Shown: positions 1-13,642, numbered from the stretch's first letter. The stretch: DNA of 64,000 nt from the human T2T-CHM13v2.0 reference genome, Homo sapiens (GCF_009914755.1 NC_060927.1); one strand, 5' to 3'. Notes: a model not told the origin generated them from the sequence alone. Numbers and translations are program-made.

Positions 1-180
1 GGCTCCTCTACTAACCAGTTGTGCAACTATAGGCCATACTGTTAATGCTTTGTTCCTTGCTGTCCTCATCCGTACACAGGTATAATTTCAGTACCGTGAT
101 TATTATGGCGATGTGAGAATTAAACTAGTTAATATGTGTAAAGTACTTGGAAGAGTGAGTAGGTGTTACCATTATTATAT
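1..180 (+). mobile_element. MIR SINE fragment
   Basis: Degenerate MIR core: ...cctcatccgtacacaggtataatt...gtgagaattaaactagttaatatgtgtaaagtacttggaa... Confidence 0.7.
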
Positions 181-224
181 TATCTGACTCCATTGTTTAT
201 TATTAGCACCAAATGAGATACATA

Positions 225-670
225 TGTTGTCTTATGTTTTGGCCTCCCCCCGAAGTAGGCCCTGTGATAAAGATTTGGATGCAAGTGGTTTGTCTGGGGG
301 AAGGTCTCAGGAAGCACTGGTAGGGGGCTCGAGAAGGAAGAAAGAAAAGAGGAGGCAGCTCACAAAGTGTGCTAATGGTCAGGGTCCTACTGCGGACATT
401 AGAGACTCTATTCTGCCGAGGACCTCTGGGAAATAGGGAAGCTGTGCCTGAGAGCTTCCTCTCCCAAGGGGTGAGGAATATGCTTATTCACCTAGTCATT
501 GCCATCCATCACTGACTGAGAGTTGCCTTAGAAATACTCATTCCACCTCAGTTCTGAGTTCAGTTTGCAGACAGAGTATGTGCTTGAGGCCAGACAAGCT
601 ATGTGGGGAGCAGCTTCAGTGTGCACAGATGAGTGCTGAGGGGAGATGAGGAGACTACAGTCCTGCTACA
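225..670 (-). mobile_element. ERVL LTR (LTR33/LTR16-like)
   Basis: tgtcttatgttttggcctccccccgaagtaggccctgtgataaagatttggatgcaagtggtttgtctggg resembles the reverse-complemented 3' end of LTR33/LTR16. Confidence 0.65.
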
Positions 671-789
671 GGACAAGTGTCAGGTAGAGAACCTGGCTCA
701 CAATGGGTTTTCAATAAATGTCTGTAACGTTCAATCTACTCTTTCTTAAAATCTCCTGTGGCCAGATTCTATTCTTTAAGTCGACTCTG

Positions 790-1110
790 GCTATGCTAGG
801 TGATTCCTCCAAAAGGGGTGAGACAGAGTTTTGAGGACAAGTGGTTTATTTGGGAGATGACAGCAGAAGGCAACAATCGGGAAGGGGGAAGTGAGGCAGG
901 GAAGAACAGGCAGCCAGTAGAGGGTATGTTACAGATCAGAGTTCTGCTGTGGGTGACTGAGGCTCAATCCCTCAGGGGGACCCTGGGACAGTGCAGGGCA
1001 CACCTCAGAATCAATCATCTGTGCAAAGGAGCAAGGATGCTGTAGGATGTTTGTCCACCAAGTCCCTGTCAGTCACCGGATGGTGGCTGCTTTGGAGCAT
1101 TATCTCTCCA
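790..1110 (-). mobile_element. ERVL LTR (LTR33/LTR16-like), second copy
   Basis: ggtgagacagagttttgaggacaagtggtttatttgggagatga...ggctcaatccctcagggggaccctggga. Confidence 0.65.
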
Positions 1111-2989
1111 GTGTGAGGGAGAAACGTTGCTAATCTCTCTCCTTGCCATCATGTTTCAGGATGTGGTTAACCCAAACTGAGAGCTCTTAAAGTCCTGGTC
1201 TACCCAGATTAGGAATTAGAAGTTAGTGAATTTTGCCCAGCTCCTAAGTACGTATCCTCTTTTATCAGAAAGCAGTGTAATCAAGTTCTGGAAAAGCACA
1301 GTACATTTGGGCTTTGGCCTCCCATTCCCCGTTAAGACACCACGGCACTAGCCCTGTCCTTCCTGATCTGCCAAAGGCGACATGTTTGCCTGACCCTGCC
1401 TGACTATGCAGACACCTATGTCATCCCGACAGAGCCTCCAGCAGACTCTCAGGATGAAAATCCTGTTCATCTCAGTAAAAACGTCCTCTGCCATGTGTTG
1501 TTCACAAGCCACATCCACAGGGCAAGCACATCCCAGAGAACTGAAATTCTAGTTGCTAATGCTAAATGCATTTTCAGGAATGCTTTAAAGTTGAACCACA
1601 CTGAATCAAACTCAGGGCTCACATTTCTGGTGAGCTCACCCCATCCTGGTTGGGTTATATTAACTTCGTAGTAGTGTAAACACTTGGAACCAAGATGAAA
1701 CAGAGACGGCTCTGCCAGCACCAGGCTGCTTTATAGACAGGGGTGCACTCACTGGGAAAAGGTGAGTTGCCTGTGGGATCAGTCCAATGCCATCACCTTC
1801 TGGAAACTCGTTGTCACAGAATAGCCCTAATGCAATTGGCTTGGGAAGAGGTATTTATGACATCACCTTTGCATGTACTCTTCCTTCTAAAAACATGTAA
1901 AATATGTTTTAAATTAATTCCTATTCTCAGCTATTCTTTTTCTACCTCTGCATCCTGTGCTCAAGCCACTCTAGTTTATAGGCTATTCACAGAGTCATCA
2001 GCACATTCACACCACTGAATTTTGACTCGTACCATTCTTCCAAATGGAATGCTTTGTCCCCAGGCAATGCTGCACATCCTGCCCATGGTCCCAACTCAGT
2101 TGAGTTTCTTATCTTTGTACAACCACCTTTTTTCACTTCTGATGAAATCAGTTGATCTTTCATTCATGGTCTCATTGCAGTCAGCACAAACTTCTATAAC
2201 AGCACTTTAATTATTACATTTGATATATGCACCTGCTTTTCCTAGGTGGGTCATGGACTACCTGAGTGCAAAGACTGTACCATTCTCATCTTTATATGCC
2301 ACAGGACACAGCACACTCTAGGCACACAATAAATATGTGTTGAATTGAAGACAATTCACACAACGAAATTGAAAGAATATTAATTACCTTAAAAATAACC
2401 TGATAGCACACAAGAAACTTCTGGGACACCTCAGACCTATAAGAGGCCTGGCAAGAGCCACAGGGCATAGGTCATACATGATGTTCTTAAAAGATTCAGA
2501 TATCTTTTTGAAATGATAAATTTAGACAGACGGAAAAATACCAAGTAATTCTTTGCAGCATATGATTAGTGCCAAAAACAACATAAATAGTATTTATTTA
2601 AAAGCCAAAGGTACAAAGGAGAGAAAAAGAGAGAGTATTTACATATGTGACCAAGGATATTCACTGTTATAAAGTGGAGCCTGAATTGAGCCATGACAAA
2701 CGAGTGAGGACTTAGTTAGGTGGAGAAGAAGCTGAGAAGGAAGAGAAAACACATCCACTCACAAAACTTCTACTGTCACAGAGAAAAACCTAAATATGGC
2801 AGTCTGTCATTCAGGGCCTTTCCTATCCAACTGTGTAGCCTGTACCTACCTATAGTCATGTGTCCATTGAACCAGAACTTCTCAGCACTTAGTATGCACA
2901 GGCATGGTTTTATGCACTACAGATACAATGTTGAGCCAGAACAGTTACTGAGCTTGTGTCTGGGTGGAATTGATAGGTGATAAACAATA

Positions 2990-3440
2990 TGTAATCTATG
3001 GTGATGCTATAAAGAGTGACAAGGTGGTCTATTTTGAATAGGATTGTTAAGAAAGTTTTCTCTGAAGAAGAGATACTTGTGCTGAGACTTGAATGGTGAG
3101 AATAAGTTAGTCATCCAAAGAAAAGGGGAAGAACTTCAGGTACAGGAGAAGCAAGAGTCAAAGTCTGAAGATGGTAACAGACCTATCTTCTTCAAGGGTC
3201 ATAAGAAAACCATCATGACTGAGATAAGGGGTGTGGTTAATGCAGGTGTATTATAGCAAAGTCAAGACAGCACAAAGCTCTGCAGTCCAGAGAAAGGGAT
3301 TTGGATAGGAAAGGTTTGCAGTATTCCATATGAGTGAAGGCCGTGTCCTGGGTTAGAGCCACAATAGTGGGGATGAAGATGAATGAGTGGATTCAGGCTT
3401 CACTTAAAAGTAGAATGAACAAGACCTGCTGAACCCTCAC
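2990..3440 (-). mobile_element. L2 LINE fragment
   Basis: gttttctctgaagaagagatacttgtgctgagacttgaatg...aagtagaatgaacaagacctgctga, typical degenerate antisense L2. Confidence 0.55.
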
Positions 3441-4581
3441 CTTGACCCAGTTCATCAGTAACTCATGTTTCATTCCAGCTCCTTTCATCCTGCATACCGC
3501 ACTCCAGCCACAATAGACATAGTTGTCATTTTTTAAACTCTCTTTCTTCCACCCACATGCAAACCACATCATGTTTCTAAAATAGAGATTATCATTCATA
3601 GCTGGCTCTCAAGGCCATCCAATCCTCTTGACCATTGAAATATTATTTTCTCCCCAAAGGCCTCCAAAATCCTCCACTAGAATTTATGTCCTTTCCTATA
3701 CTCCCTTTGTACTTTATTTATAGCCATCATGACAATCTGCTTTAAGGTGGAAATATTAATACATAATTTTTGTCAGTCTTGGTAGTTAGATTCAATTAAG
3801 TGTCTCCCTTGGTACTGCTTTGGATGCAGTAAGCATTCAATATGTGACATATACACTGAATTAAAATAAATGAAGTAAAAGCTAAAAAGTCTGGTTTTTC
3901 AGCTTGGAGAACTTAATTCCAGCTTTCCTGGAATAATGATATCCTGATGGTGACAATGATATGAGGATGACAATGATAATCATAAATGATATTGATTATA
4001 ACTGTTATTCATTTAACACATATGCTGAACACTGTGCTAAGCTCTTTAAATGTATCATCCTCACAAGAAACCTGTGACACAAGATTTTCCTTTTTCTCGG
4101 TGAGGAAGCCAAGGTATAAAGAGGTTAAGTAAATTACCTAAATTCATACAGTTAGTAGGGCAGGACAGAGAGTTAAACTCAGTGCCTTTACTCTCAGAAA
4201 ACTTGCTCTGAGAAAGATCATCATGATGGCTGTTTAAAATATCAGGTGTTGGGAGATAAGAATTGTGCCAGAAAACCAAGTAGGAGGCTCTTGCAAGAGT
4301 TCTAGCAAGAGATGGTAAGTTTGAATCAGTACATTTCCCACAGTGGAGAAGAGAAGATGAACTTGAGACACATTTATGAGGTGGAATTGACAGTAGTTGA
4401 TGACTAATTGGATGTAATGAGTGACAGAGAGGTAGTTGAAGACCATGTCAAGGTTTCTGTTTAAGGCAGTTAGCTATTTGTTGATGGCATCAACAGACTT
4501 TGTGGAGAAAGAACGACTTTGCAGAAAAAAATAGTTGGACATATCATGATTTGATTTGTTGAGACTGAGATGCCTGGGAGG

Positions 4582-5537
4582 CACCAGTTCTGGCATAACA
4601 CTTGTAAAACCTTGAATGTGTTCCAGTGATATGAATATATTAGGAGATAATTTGAGCATAACAAGAATTTTGCATTTGCTTATGTGTGATTTCATCCACA
4701 AAAAACACTAGGTGAATGCAGAAAACTGCACACAGGTGAACAAAACTACACAGGAATACCAAAATTTGCACACATGCTTACCTCAAACATCTATCCACTA
4801 TCTCAGTTTGCAGCATGTGTTATGAGCCACACCCATCCACATCTGGTTTCACAACTTTCCGACTGATTTTACATAGCCCTCTTTCTACCACTTCAGAATA
4901 ACACAGAGTACAACGATTTCAAATCACATTTCTACAAGCAAACTTCAAGTCTTCTTTAAGATAAAGTGCCATATTTATTGTAGTATTTGTGCATTTATTA
5001 ACCATTTAATATGTGTAAAATTGTGACATTGCTTTTCTTAGGTTTCTATCTTTTTCTCTGTGTCATTGTCTTAAGTGGATTTGGCTGCTGTAACAAAATA
5101 CCATAAATCCAGTGGCTGGCTTATAAACAACAGAAACGTATTTCTCATAGTTCTGGAGGCTGGTAAGTTCAAGATCAAGGCATCAGCAGATTCAGAGTCA
5201 GGTGAGGATTCACTTCCTCATAGATAACCATCTTCTTATTTGTAACTCACATGGTGGAAGGGGCAAGAGATCTCTCTGGGGTTTCTTTTATAATCCCATG
5301 TAAGAGAGCTCTAGCCTCATGTTTTAATCACTTCCCAAAGGCTTCACCTCAGAATACCACCACCTTAGGGGCTAGGATTTCAAGATATAAATTTTGGGGA
5401 AGACATAAACATTCAGTCCACTACAGTTACTGGCAGACTGTTCTTCTAACTCTGATTTTCTACAAGTCCTATTGTTTTTGTTGCATGATTTTGCATAATG
5501 TTGGAATACATAAGTCACATTATAACAGAAATGACTA
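4582..5537. mobile_element. TcMar-Tigger DNA transposon (Tigger13a-like), split by an MLT1A LTR
   Basis: Degenerate TIRs caccagttctggcataac ... attataacagaaatgacta; internal gtgttatgagccacacccatccacatctgg matches the recalled consensus. Confidence 0.7.
5067..5425 (-). mobile_element. MaLR solo LTR (MLT1A-like)
   Basis: TG...CA ends; aacaacagaaacgtatttctcatagttctggaggctgg...; flanks gtcat/gttac are a degenerate 5-bp TSD. Confidence 0.8.
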
Positions 5538-6457
5538 TGTTTGGTTGAAAATAGAAATATGGATCTCAGAAAAGGGACAAGATACAGATTTTGCAAGATT
5601 CAGTAGGTCAACGGTAGTCAAGGCCATGGGAATGGATAAGAGATCTCTGAGAGAACTATGGAAAAATAAAAAGACTGAGGACAAGACTGTGGGGAACACC
5701 AGCATTTACATGGACAAAGAGCCAGTAAAATAAATTTAAAATGAACTACTGTGAGAGGAAAAGGAACCTTGAGAAACAATGCTGGGAAAACATAAGGGTA
5801 GGAAATTTCTAGAAGGAAAAGATGGTTGTAAAAAGAAAAGGTCAAATGAAGTATGTTGGTCAAGGAGAGTGAGAATTAAGAAATAGCCACTGGACTTTGT
5901 CACTCAATCATTGGTTCCTCTTTTTAGCCACAACCACGTGAAGAGAACCTTTACCTAAAAGAGCATAGACATCAGAGCCCTTTAACATTAAATTCAGAGA
6001 CACAGAGTAGATGAGAAGTGTTTTATTCAAAGCACAGGGTAAGCAGGATTGGAGGAAAGAGGTAAAAGGGTACAGTAAAACGTACAAGACTGAGACTCAG
6101 GAGCTCTGCTTTACTCTTGTATCTGTCACTTAATAGTGGCATGATTGCAAGCATTTCCTCTAGGCACCATTCTCCAGAAATACTTCCTTTAATTATGACA
6201 TATCTTTATTAATGGTGTAATTTATAAATCTATCTGGAGCATTTATTGTATTTTTTCCATTTTTATAAAGAGTTGTTTATTTATCATAAATGATGGGGTA
6301 ACCACTTCTAGGGAAGCCAGGCCTTCTGGATCATAAGGCCAAAAATGAATCATCACCTACTTGGCAACAATATAATATAATTGTAGGCAAAGCACTGCAT
6401 TGAAAGCATGACGAATTGATGGTTAAGGAAGTATACACAGAAAACAGGACCCTTGAT

Positions 6458-6680
6458 CAGAGGTTGGCATACTGTGGCTTGCAGGCCAAATATTGCCTGC
6501 TGCTTGTTTTTGTAAATAAAATATTATTGAACACAGCTATATCAATTTATTCATATATTGTCAATAACTGCTTTTGAACTACAGTGGCAGAATTGAGTGG
6601 CTGCAACACAGACCTCATGCTTCACAAAGCCTAAGGTATTTACTATCTGGCCCTTTACAGAAAAAGTCTGCTGGTGTCTG
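6458..6680. mobile_element. MER58A (hAT-Charlie MITE)
   Basis: cagaggttggc...tttactatctggccctttacagaaaaagtctgctggtgtctg; 8-bp TSD cccttgat / ccctggat. Confidence 0.85.
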
Positions 6681-7268
6681 CCCTGGATCAAAATGAACAT
6701 GAAAGATCTAAATGAGGCTGTCCAACCAAGGTTAGATGAGTGAACCAAGTTTACCAATCCAAAGTCATGAACTCTTCATTCCACAGCCAAGGTCAAGATC
6801 ATAAATTCAATAGCCATAAGTTTGCAGGAGGATCAAGAAATTCTGAGTTATTAGTACTGAATACCCAATAAACAAGCTAAACATGATAAAATATTTTTAA
6901 AATGCAATATTCAATGTTTCAAGATGCATTAATATATTCATCATGGGAAAAAATAAAACTTTATTGGAATTTCAAAAATTTATTTTATTTTTTATTGCTT
7001 TAATTTAAACTGCATATGGCAGGTGAGGCAGAGACAGGCAACTTCAATTCTTCCATGCTTAGGGCCTTTAAGGTCTTAATTCAATGTAAGGTCTTAATTG
7101 TGTCTCGAGGATTGGATGTTACAGGCTGACCAACAAAATGCCATCAGCTATCATTGTAGCTACTTTTCTTGTTGTATTTCTATTCCCAAACCACCAACTG
7201 TCTTTTTAGGTTTTGTCATAGCTCTTCCACTTTCCAATAGGCTATCTCAGTATAAATTCAAACTCCAC

Positions 7269-9562
7269 TGTATTAGTCTGTTTTCATGCTGCTGATAAAG
7301 ACATACTGGAAGCTGGGTATTTCATTAAAAAAAAAAAAGAGAGAGAGGTTTAATGGACTCACAATTCCACCTGGCTGGGGAGGCCTCACAATCATGGTGA
7401 AGGTAAAAGGCATGTCTTACATGGCGGCAGACAAGAGAGAATTGAGAACCAAGCAAAAGGGATTTCCCCTTATAAAACCATCAGATCTCATCATTCACTA
7501 TGATGAGAAAAGTATGGGGGAAACTGCCCCCATGATTCAATTATCTCCCACCAGGTCATTCCCACAACACGTGTAAATTTTGGGAGCTACAACTCAAGAT
7601 GAGATTTCGGTGGGGACAAAGTCAACTCATATCATTCTGCCCCGGCCCCTCCCAAATCTTATGTCCTCACTTTTCAAAACCAATCATGCCTTCCCAACAG
7701 TCCGCCAAAGTCTTAAATCATTTCAGGATTAACTCAAAAGTCCACGGTCCAAAGCCTCATCTGAGACAAGGAAAGTCCCTTCCACCTATAAGCCTGTAAA
7801 ATCAAAAGCAAGTTAGTCACTTCCTAGATACATTGGGGGTACAGACATTGGGTAAATACACCCATTCCAAATGGGAGAAATTGGCCAAAATGAAGAGACT
7901 AAAGGCCTCATGCAAGTCCAAAATCCAGCAGGACAGTCAAATCTTAAAGCTCCAAAAGGATCTCCTTTGACTCCATATCTCATATCCAGGTCACACTGAT
8001 GGAAGAGGTAGGTTCCCATGGTCTTGGGCAGCTCTGCCCCTGTGGCTTTGCAGGGTACACCCTCCCTCCCGGCTGCTTTCACTGGCTGGCATTGAATGTC
8101 TGTGGCTTTTCCAGATGCACAGTGCAAGCTGTCAATGGATCTACCATTCTGGGGTCTGGAAAATGGTGGCCCTCTTCTCACAGCTCCACTAGGCAGTGCC
8201 CCAGTGGGGACTTTGCTCTGTGTGGGGGCTTCAACCCCACATTTCCTTTCTGAACTGCCCTAGCAGAGGCTCTCTATGAGGGCCTTGCACCTGCAACAAA
8301 TTTCTGCCTGGACATCCAGGCATTTCCATACGTCGTCTGAAATCTAGGCAGAGGTTCCCAAACCTCAATTCTTGACTTCTACGCACTGGCAGGCTCAATA
8401 CCACATGGAAGCTGCCAAGGCTTGGGGCTTGCACCCTCTAAAGCCATGACCCAAGCTATACATTTGGCCCCTTTTAGCCATAGCTAGAACAACTGGGACA
8501 CAGGGCACCAGGTCCCTAGGCTGCACACAGCAGGATGGCTCTGGGCCTAGCTCATGGAACCATTTTTTCCTCCTAGGCCTCCAGGCCTGTGATAAGAGGG
8601 GCTGGCATAAACGTCTCTGACATGCCCTGGAGACATTTTCCCCACTGTTTTGACAATTAACATTTGGCTCCTCATTACTTATGCAAATTTCTGCAGCCAG
8701 CTTGAATTTCTTCTCAGAAAATGAGATTTTCTTTTCTATGGCATCATCAAGCTGCAAATTTTCTGAACTTTTATGTCTGTTTCCTTTTTAAAACTGAATG
8801 CCTATAACAGCACCTAAGTCACTTCTTGAATGCCTTGCTGCTTAGAAATTTCTTCCACCAAATACCCTAAATCATCTCCCTCAAGTTCAAAGTTCCACAA
8901 ATCTCTAGGGAAGGGGCAAAATACCACCAGTCTCTTTGCTAAAACATAGCAAGAGTCACCTTTACTTCAGTTCCCAACAAGTTCCTCATCTCCATTTGAG
9001 ACCACCCCAGCCTGAATTTCATTGTCTATATCATTATCAGCATTCTTGTCAAAGCCATTCAATAAGTCTCAAGGAAGTTCCAAACTTTTCCACATCTTCC
9101 TGTCTTCTTCTGAGCCCTACAAACTGTTCCAGCCTCTCCCTGTTACCCAGTTCCAAAGTCACTTCCATATTTTTGGGTATCTTATCAGCAGCACCCTACT
9201 CCACTGGTACCAATTTACCGTATTAGTCTGTTTTCACACTGCTGATAAAGACATACTCGAGACTGGGAAGAAAAATGAGTTTAATGGACTTAGAGTTCCA
9301 CGTGGCTGAGGAGGCCTCACAATCATGGCAGGTGAAAGGCACATCTTACAGGGCAGCAGACAAGAGAACGAGAGCCAAGCAAAAGGTGTTTCCCCTTATA
9401 AAACCATCAGATCATGAGACATTCACTACAATGAGAACAGTATGGGAGAAATCACCCCCATGATTCAGTTGTCTCCCATCGGGTCCCTCCTACAACACAT
9501 GAGAATTATGGGAGCTACAATTCAAGATGATATTTGGGTGGGTACACAGCCAAACCATATCA
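7269..9562 (-). mobile_element. Full-length THE1 MaLR element (THE1C-like LTR - internal - LTR)
   Basis: Two homologous LTRs, 7269-7634 and 9219-9562 (gtattagtctgttttca...catatca), flanking ~1.6 kb of THE1-int; flanks tccac/ttcat are a degenerate TSD. Confidence 0.92.
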
Positions 9563-10153
9563 TTCATCATTTTCTGTTACTTTGGATGAAAAACTTAACC
9601 TCTTTCTGCCTTCTGTTTTTCATCTATAAATTGGGGATAGTTGTACTTACTCAGGAGATAATCAATATAAAGTGCTTAGAACAGAATCTGGCACTTATTC
9701 AAGCATTCAGAAAATGTTAGTTATTATAAATGCATATCTAAATTCCCAATACACTTTCTTCAAAGGTTAATAAAAACTGAAAAGGGACAGTGGGGATAAA
9801 TTAGTTTTTTTCTCTATCAATGTTGGATCTTTGAGGTAAAACCATGTATCATGTTCTAATTTGTATAAAATGGTCTTTTATATCCACTATTCTATTCATA
9901 AGAATGCAAACCAATTTTGAAAACATTTCAGTCCAGAAGGAAGGGAAGAGAAGAAACACTGACTAATATTTCAAGTGGTATGCTATATAATATTATCTAC
10001 TTACATCATTAGAATAAGCCTGTAGAATAGGTATTATTCCCATTTCACAAATGAGAAAACCAAGGCTTAGAATTACTTTTTAGCTTGCCCAAAACACAAA
10101 GTGGATAGCCCTGCCATGACTCCAAAGATTGTCCTGGTTTCCTTTGGCTTTAT

Positions 10154-10701
10154 CAGTGGTACTCAACTAGGAATCATTTTACCTTCCAGAGGACATTTGG
10201 CCCTATGAGGTTGAAGAGGTGAAGCAGACATTCCATTGACATCTAGTAGGTAGAGGCCACGGTGCTGCTAAATACCTGTATTAGTCTGTTCTCACACTGC
10301 TAATAAAGACATACCTGAGACTGGGTAATTTATAAAGGAAAGACGTTTAATGGACTCACAGTTTTACATGGCTGGGGAGGCCTCATAATCATGGCAGAAG
10401 GCAAAGGAGAAGTGAAGCAAAGGCACATCTTACATGGCAGCAGGCAAGAGAGCATGTGCAGGGGAACTCCCCTTTATAAAACCATCATATCTCATAAGAC
10501 TTATTCACTATCACGAGAACAGCATAGAAAAACCCACCCCTTTGATTCAATTACTTCCCACTGGGTCCCTCCCACAACACATGGAGATTATTACAATTCA
10601 AGGTGAGACACAGCCAAACTGTATCAGTACCCTGCAATGCACAGGACAGCTCCAAATTATCTGGCCCAAAATGTGCATAGTGCTGAGGCTGGGAAACCTT
10701 G
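10154..10701. mobile_element. MER20 (hAT), split by a THE1B LTR
   Basis: cagtggtactcaac...catctagtaggtagaggccacggtgctgctaaatacc | ctgcaatgcacaggacagc...gctgaggctgggaaaccttg. Confidence 0.75.
10277..10626 (-). mobile_element. THE1B-like solo LTR
   Basis: tgtattagtctgttctcacactgctaataaagacatacc...gcaggggaactcccctttataaaaccatca...tatca; TSD atacc/gtacc. Confidence 0.9.
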
Positions 10702-11149
10702 AGCTGCATTAGAGAATTATTTTAAAAAGAAAATTAGCGAAAAAAAATACATGCAAATAAGATTTCTAAAGGACTTGCTGAAAGGGTTTCAGTTGATCAT
10801 TATTCAAAGTTATTGGTAAATAGACTCTTTTTTAACTTTTAAATTTGATGTTTAACATCTTAGTTTTGTCTACTGTTCTCTGAGACTTGTTAGTACGACT
10901 CTTTGTAAAAGGCTTGGAGCATTTCAAGGAGAGAAGAAGATGTTATTTGGCTTTACAAATATCATGTGGACATTTCCCTATGTTAGTAGAATTCCCTCAG
11001 AAAACACTCAGGATGCCAGACATGATTCCCAAGGCCACTGTGAATAATGCTGTGCCAAACAGTTATACTTAGAGAGAGTACTTTGGGGTTTTTTTTCTAA
11101 CTAATTGTATTTGTGATTCATGTCTCTTTGAGACACTGGCAGACAGGAA

Positions 11150-11593
11150 AATGCTGTTGCTCCCTCATCCAAGTGCCCTTCAAAGTATAGGGGCACTTCT
11201 TCCCCCACAGCTGTCATGATTGTTGGTTGCTAAGGTCTCATAGCTGCCTCCTTCTTAGAGAATTGTCCTCCATGGAATGGGGGAGCTCTTCACCAGGGAG
11301 GTGACACCCCATCCTATGGAGCGGCCAAAGGCCAAGGATTGCCAAAGGGTATGAAAGGCTGGTTTCCTTGCTTTTAGGAGGACCAATTCTGCAGTATACT
11401 TCATGTTTCAGAGCTCTGCATAAGATCAGACTAAAGCTAGATTCCTGTTAAGACTACATCCTAGTTTAGATTCTTCTTCTGGCCCTATTCTGCTTTCTAT
11501 ACTCCCCTTCTCTGGACAGTAGCTCCTAATAAAACACTTTCACCAAAATACTTACTGCAGGCTCTCATATTATGGAAGCTGACCCAAAACACA
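11150..11593 (+). mobile_element. ERVL LTR (LTR16-like)
   Basis: 3' end aataaaacactttcaccaaaatacttactgcaggctctcatattatggaagctgacccaaaacaca. Confidence 0.55.
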
Positions 11594-12324
11594 TGGGGTC
11601 CATATATCCAAATGATGAGTATTACAGGTGCTTCTTTTTCCATAACAACATTCTCCTTGCTCTGCTACACCTCTGTGGTTCTTTAGCCAGGGGGTTAAAT
11701 GTGATGTATGGGGACAATCAGAGCTCAGAAAAGTTTGATTAGAGATGACAGCATATGCTGCTTGCTAATCAGAGGACTTCTGGGAGCCTGTCTCTCCAAA
11801 CTCAAAGTTTTCTCTGAGAGAAGTTTGTCTCCTTGGCCTGAAACCAGACCCCAAGGCAATTGCAGTTTTGTCAGACTCCCAGCTCCCATCAAAGTTAATG
11901 AAGAGGAATTTTCCTTACTTCACCATTCCTACTGAGTTTACACATTTAATATTGTCAGCACAAAATAGTCCATAAAATTTTGTATCCCTTAATAAAGGTA
12001 TTAATTATATCTTATGTGAATAGATCGAATTGAATGTTTCCCCTTTTGTCCATGATACCTGAAGTATTAGAAAAATATCCTGACCTATTTGCAATACTCA
12101 GTCCACAAAGGTATGATCACCAAATAATTAACAGAACAATTAGGACTACTTCTTAAGTATAATTTTGCAAGCAATACTTGATGAGTGTGGGATTTTCTTT
12201 TTTTTTGGTAATGTTAGGTTTTTAAAATGTACCTCCATCAGGTTAAGAGGACATTTGTGATTTTTCTCTCTACTCTGACCACACACACATTTCTAGTGGG
12301 ATTTTTTTTTTGTCTAAGTGAAAG

Positions 12325-13290
12325 TATGCATTCATTTGTTCACTCCTTGCACATTATCCTAATAACTTTTCTGTCCAGGCACTGTTTTAGGCACTGAAGA
12401 GACAAAGATGAGTAAACAAAGCCCCTGCCCTCTTGGAGCTCACTTCCTCATAGGAAAACAGATAATAAACAGAATACACTAACAAAATAATATTAGCTGT
12501 TGATAAGTGAAATGAAGGAACATTCATCAGACTAACCTCTCACTTTAATAAGGAGATGATAATTTAGTTAAGATTGTGATTTAATGTTTCTCTAATGAGA
12601 TGACAATTTAAGTGAGGTATCTGAATGAAGAGAGGGAGTAAGATATTTGGATAATTGAGGAAGAGTTTTTTAGGCAGGGTCAACTAGTGCCAAGTCCTTG
12701 ATATTAAAACATAATTTGCAGGCCCAAGGGTCATGGGGGATGGTCAATGGCTGGAGCATAGAGAGCAAGATGGAGAGTGGGGTAGACGGTGAACTACTGC
12801 ATCCTACCAGAGGTGCTAAAAAGCTTGGACAAGTCAGTTTTTCGTAACCTCTCCCATTGCAGGAAAATTAACTTTCTTTGGCCCCAGGTGCTAAATGCCG
12901 GTAGCACCGAGCTTATCATGACAGCCAAAAATATGCCCCACACATTTCCAACAGCACACTGGGATATAGCGTTAGTCTGAGTGGAGGACTAAGCTTTATA
13001 AAAAGGAAGTGACATGATCAGGTTTTCATTGTTAAAGTTATTGTGGCTGCTGAGTTGAAAACTGGCTGAATGGGTACAGAGCTGAAGAAGACATTCCACC
13101 TAGGACGCTAATGCATTGGTCCATGCTAAAGATAATGATGACCAGAACTAGGAGTCATCAGTGAAGGTGGTAAGAAGCAGCTGATTTGGGGATCTAGTTT
13201 GAAGGTAGAGATGACAGGATATGCTGACATTGGAAGTCAAGTATGAGTGAAAGAGAAGAGCATAGAAAACTCTAAGGCTTGCTGTTGTTA
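12325..13290 (-). mobile_element. L2 LINE fragment, with a probable MER20B-like insert at ~12830-12995
   Basis: cattcatttgttcac...ccaggcactgttttaggcactgaagagaca...gaaggtagagatgacaggatatgctga. Confidence 0.65.
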
Positions 13291-13450
13291 TTACCCTTCT
13301 TGATTTTGCTTATAAGCAAGTGTTAGAGATAATTTAGATAGCTATTTTATTCTCTTTTTGTCATCTTTGCATTTATTTGCACGTTTGTGTGTGTGTGTGT
13401 GAGTGTGTGTATGTGTGCACGCATGCGTGCACATGAAGGTGACTCTATCG

Positions 13451-13642
13451 CTGGGTTTCTCAGCCTTGGCCCCACTTGGTTGGACAGCTATTTTGCGTGT
13501 TTTAGGATGTTTAGCAGCATCCCTGACCTCTACCTGCTAGACACAATTAGTGCCTTCCTGCTTGTCGTGACAATGCAAAATACCTGCAGACATTGCTCAG
13601 TGTTCCCTGGGGGACAAAATTGCCACTAGTTGAGAATCACTG
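13451..13642. mobile_element. MER20 (hAT)
   Basis: gggtttctcagccttggc...aggatgtttagcagcatccctgacctctacc...gttgagaatcactg. Confidence 0.8.

Larger units (their letters stand above)
4230..5920 (-). mobile_element. L2 LINE, split by a Tigger insertion (4582-5537)
   Basis: L2-like sequence stops at ...ttgagactgagatgcctgggag (4580) and resumes at ~5540 (ttggttgaaaatagaaatatggatctcag...gccatgggaatggataagag). Confidence 0.6.

Noticed and set aside
5251-5733. 160-aa ORF
   Set aside because: Runs through MLT1A, Tigger and L2 pieces; chance read-through with no recognisable protein.
7286-9720. Cluster of 60-120 aa ORFs on both strands
   Set aside because: Almost entirely within the THE1 element; decayed MaLR internal/LTR sequence with stops and frameshifts.
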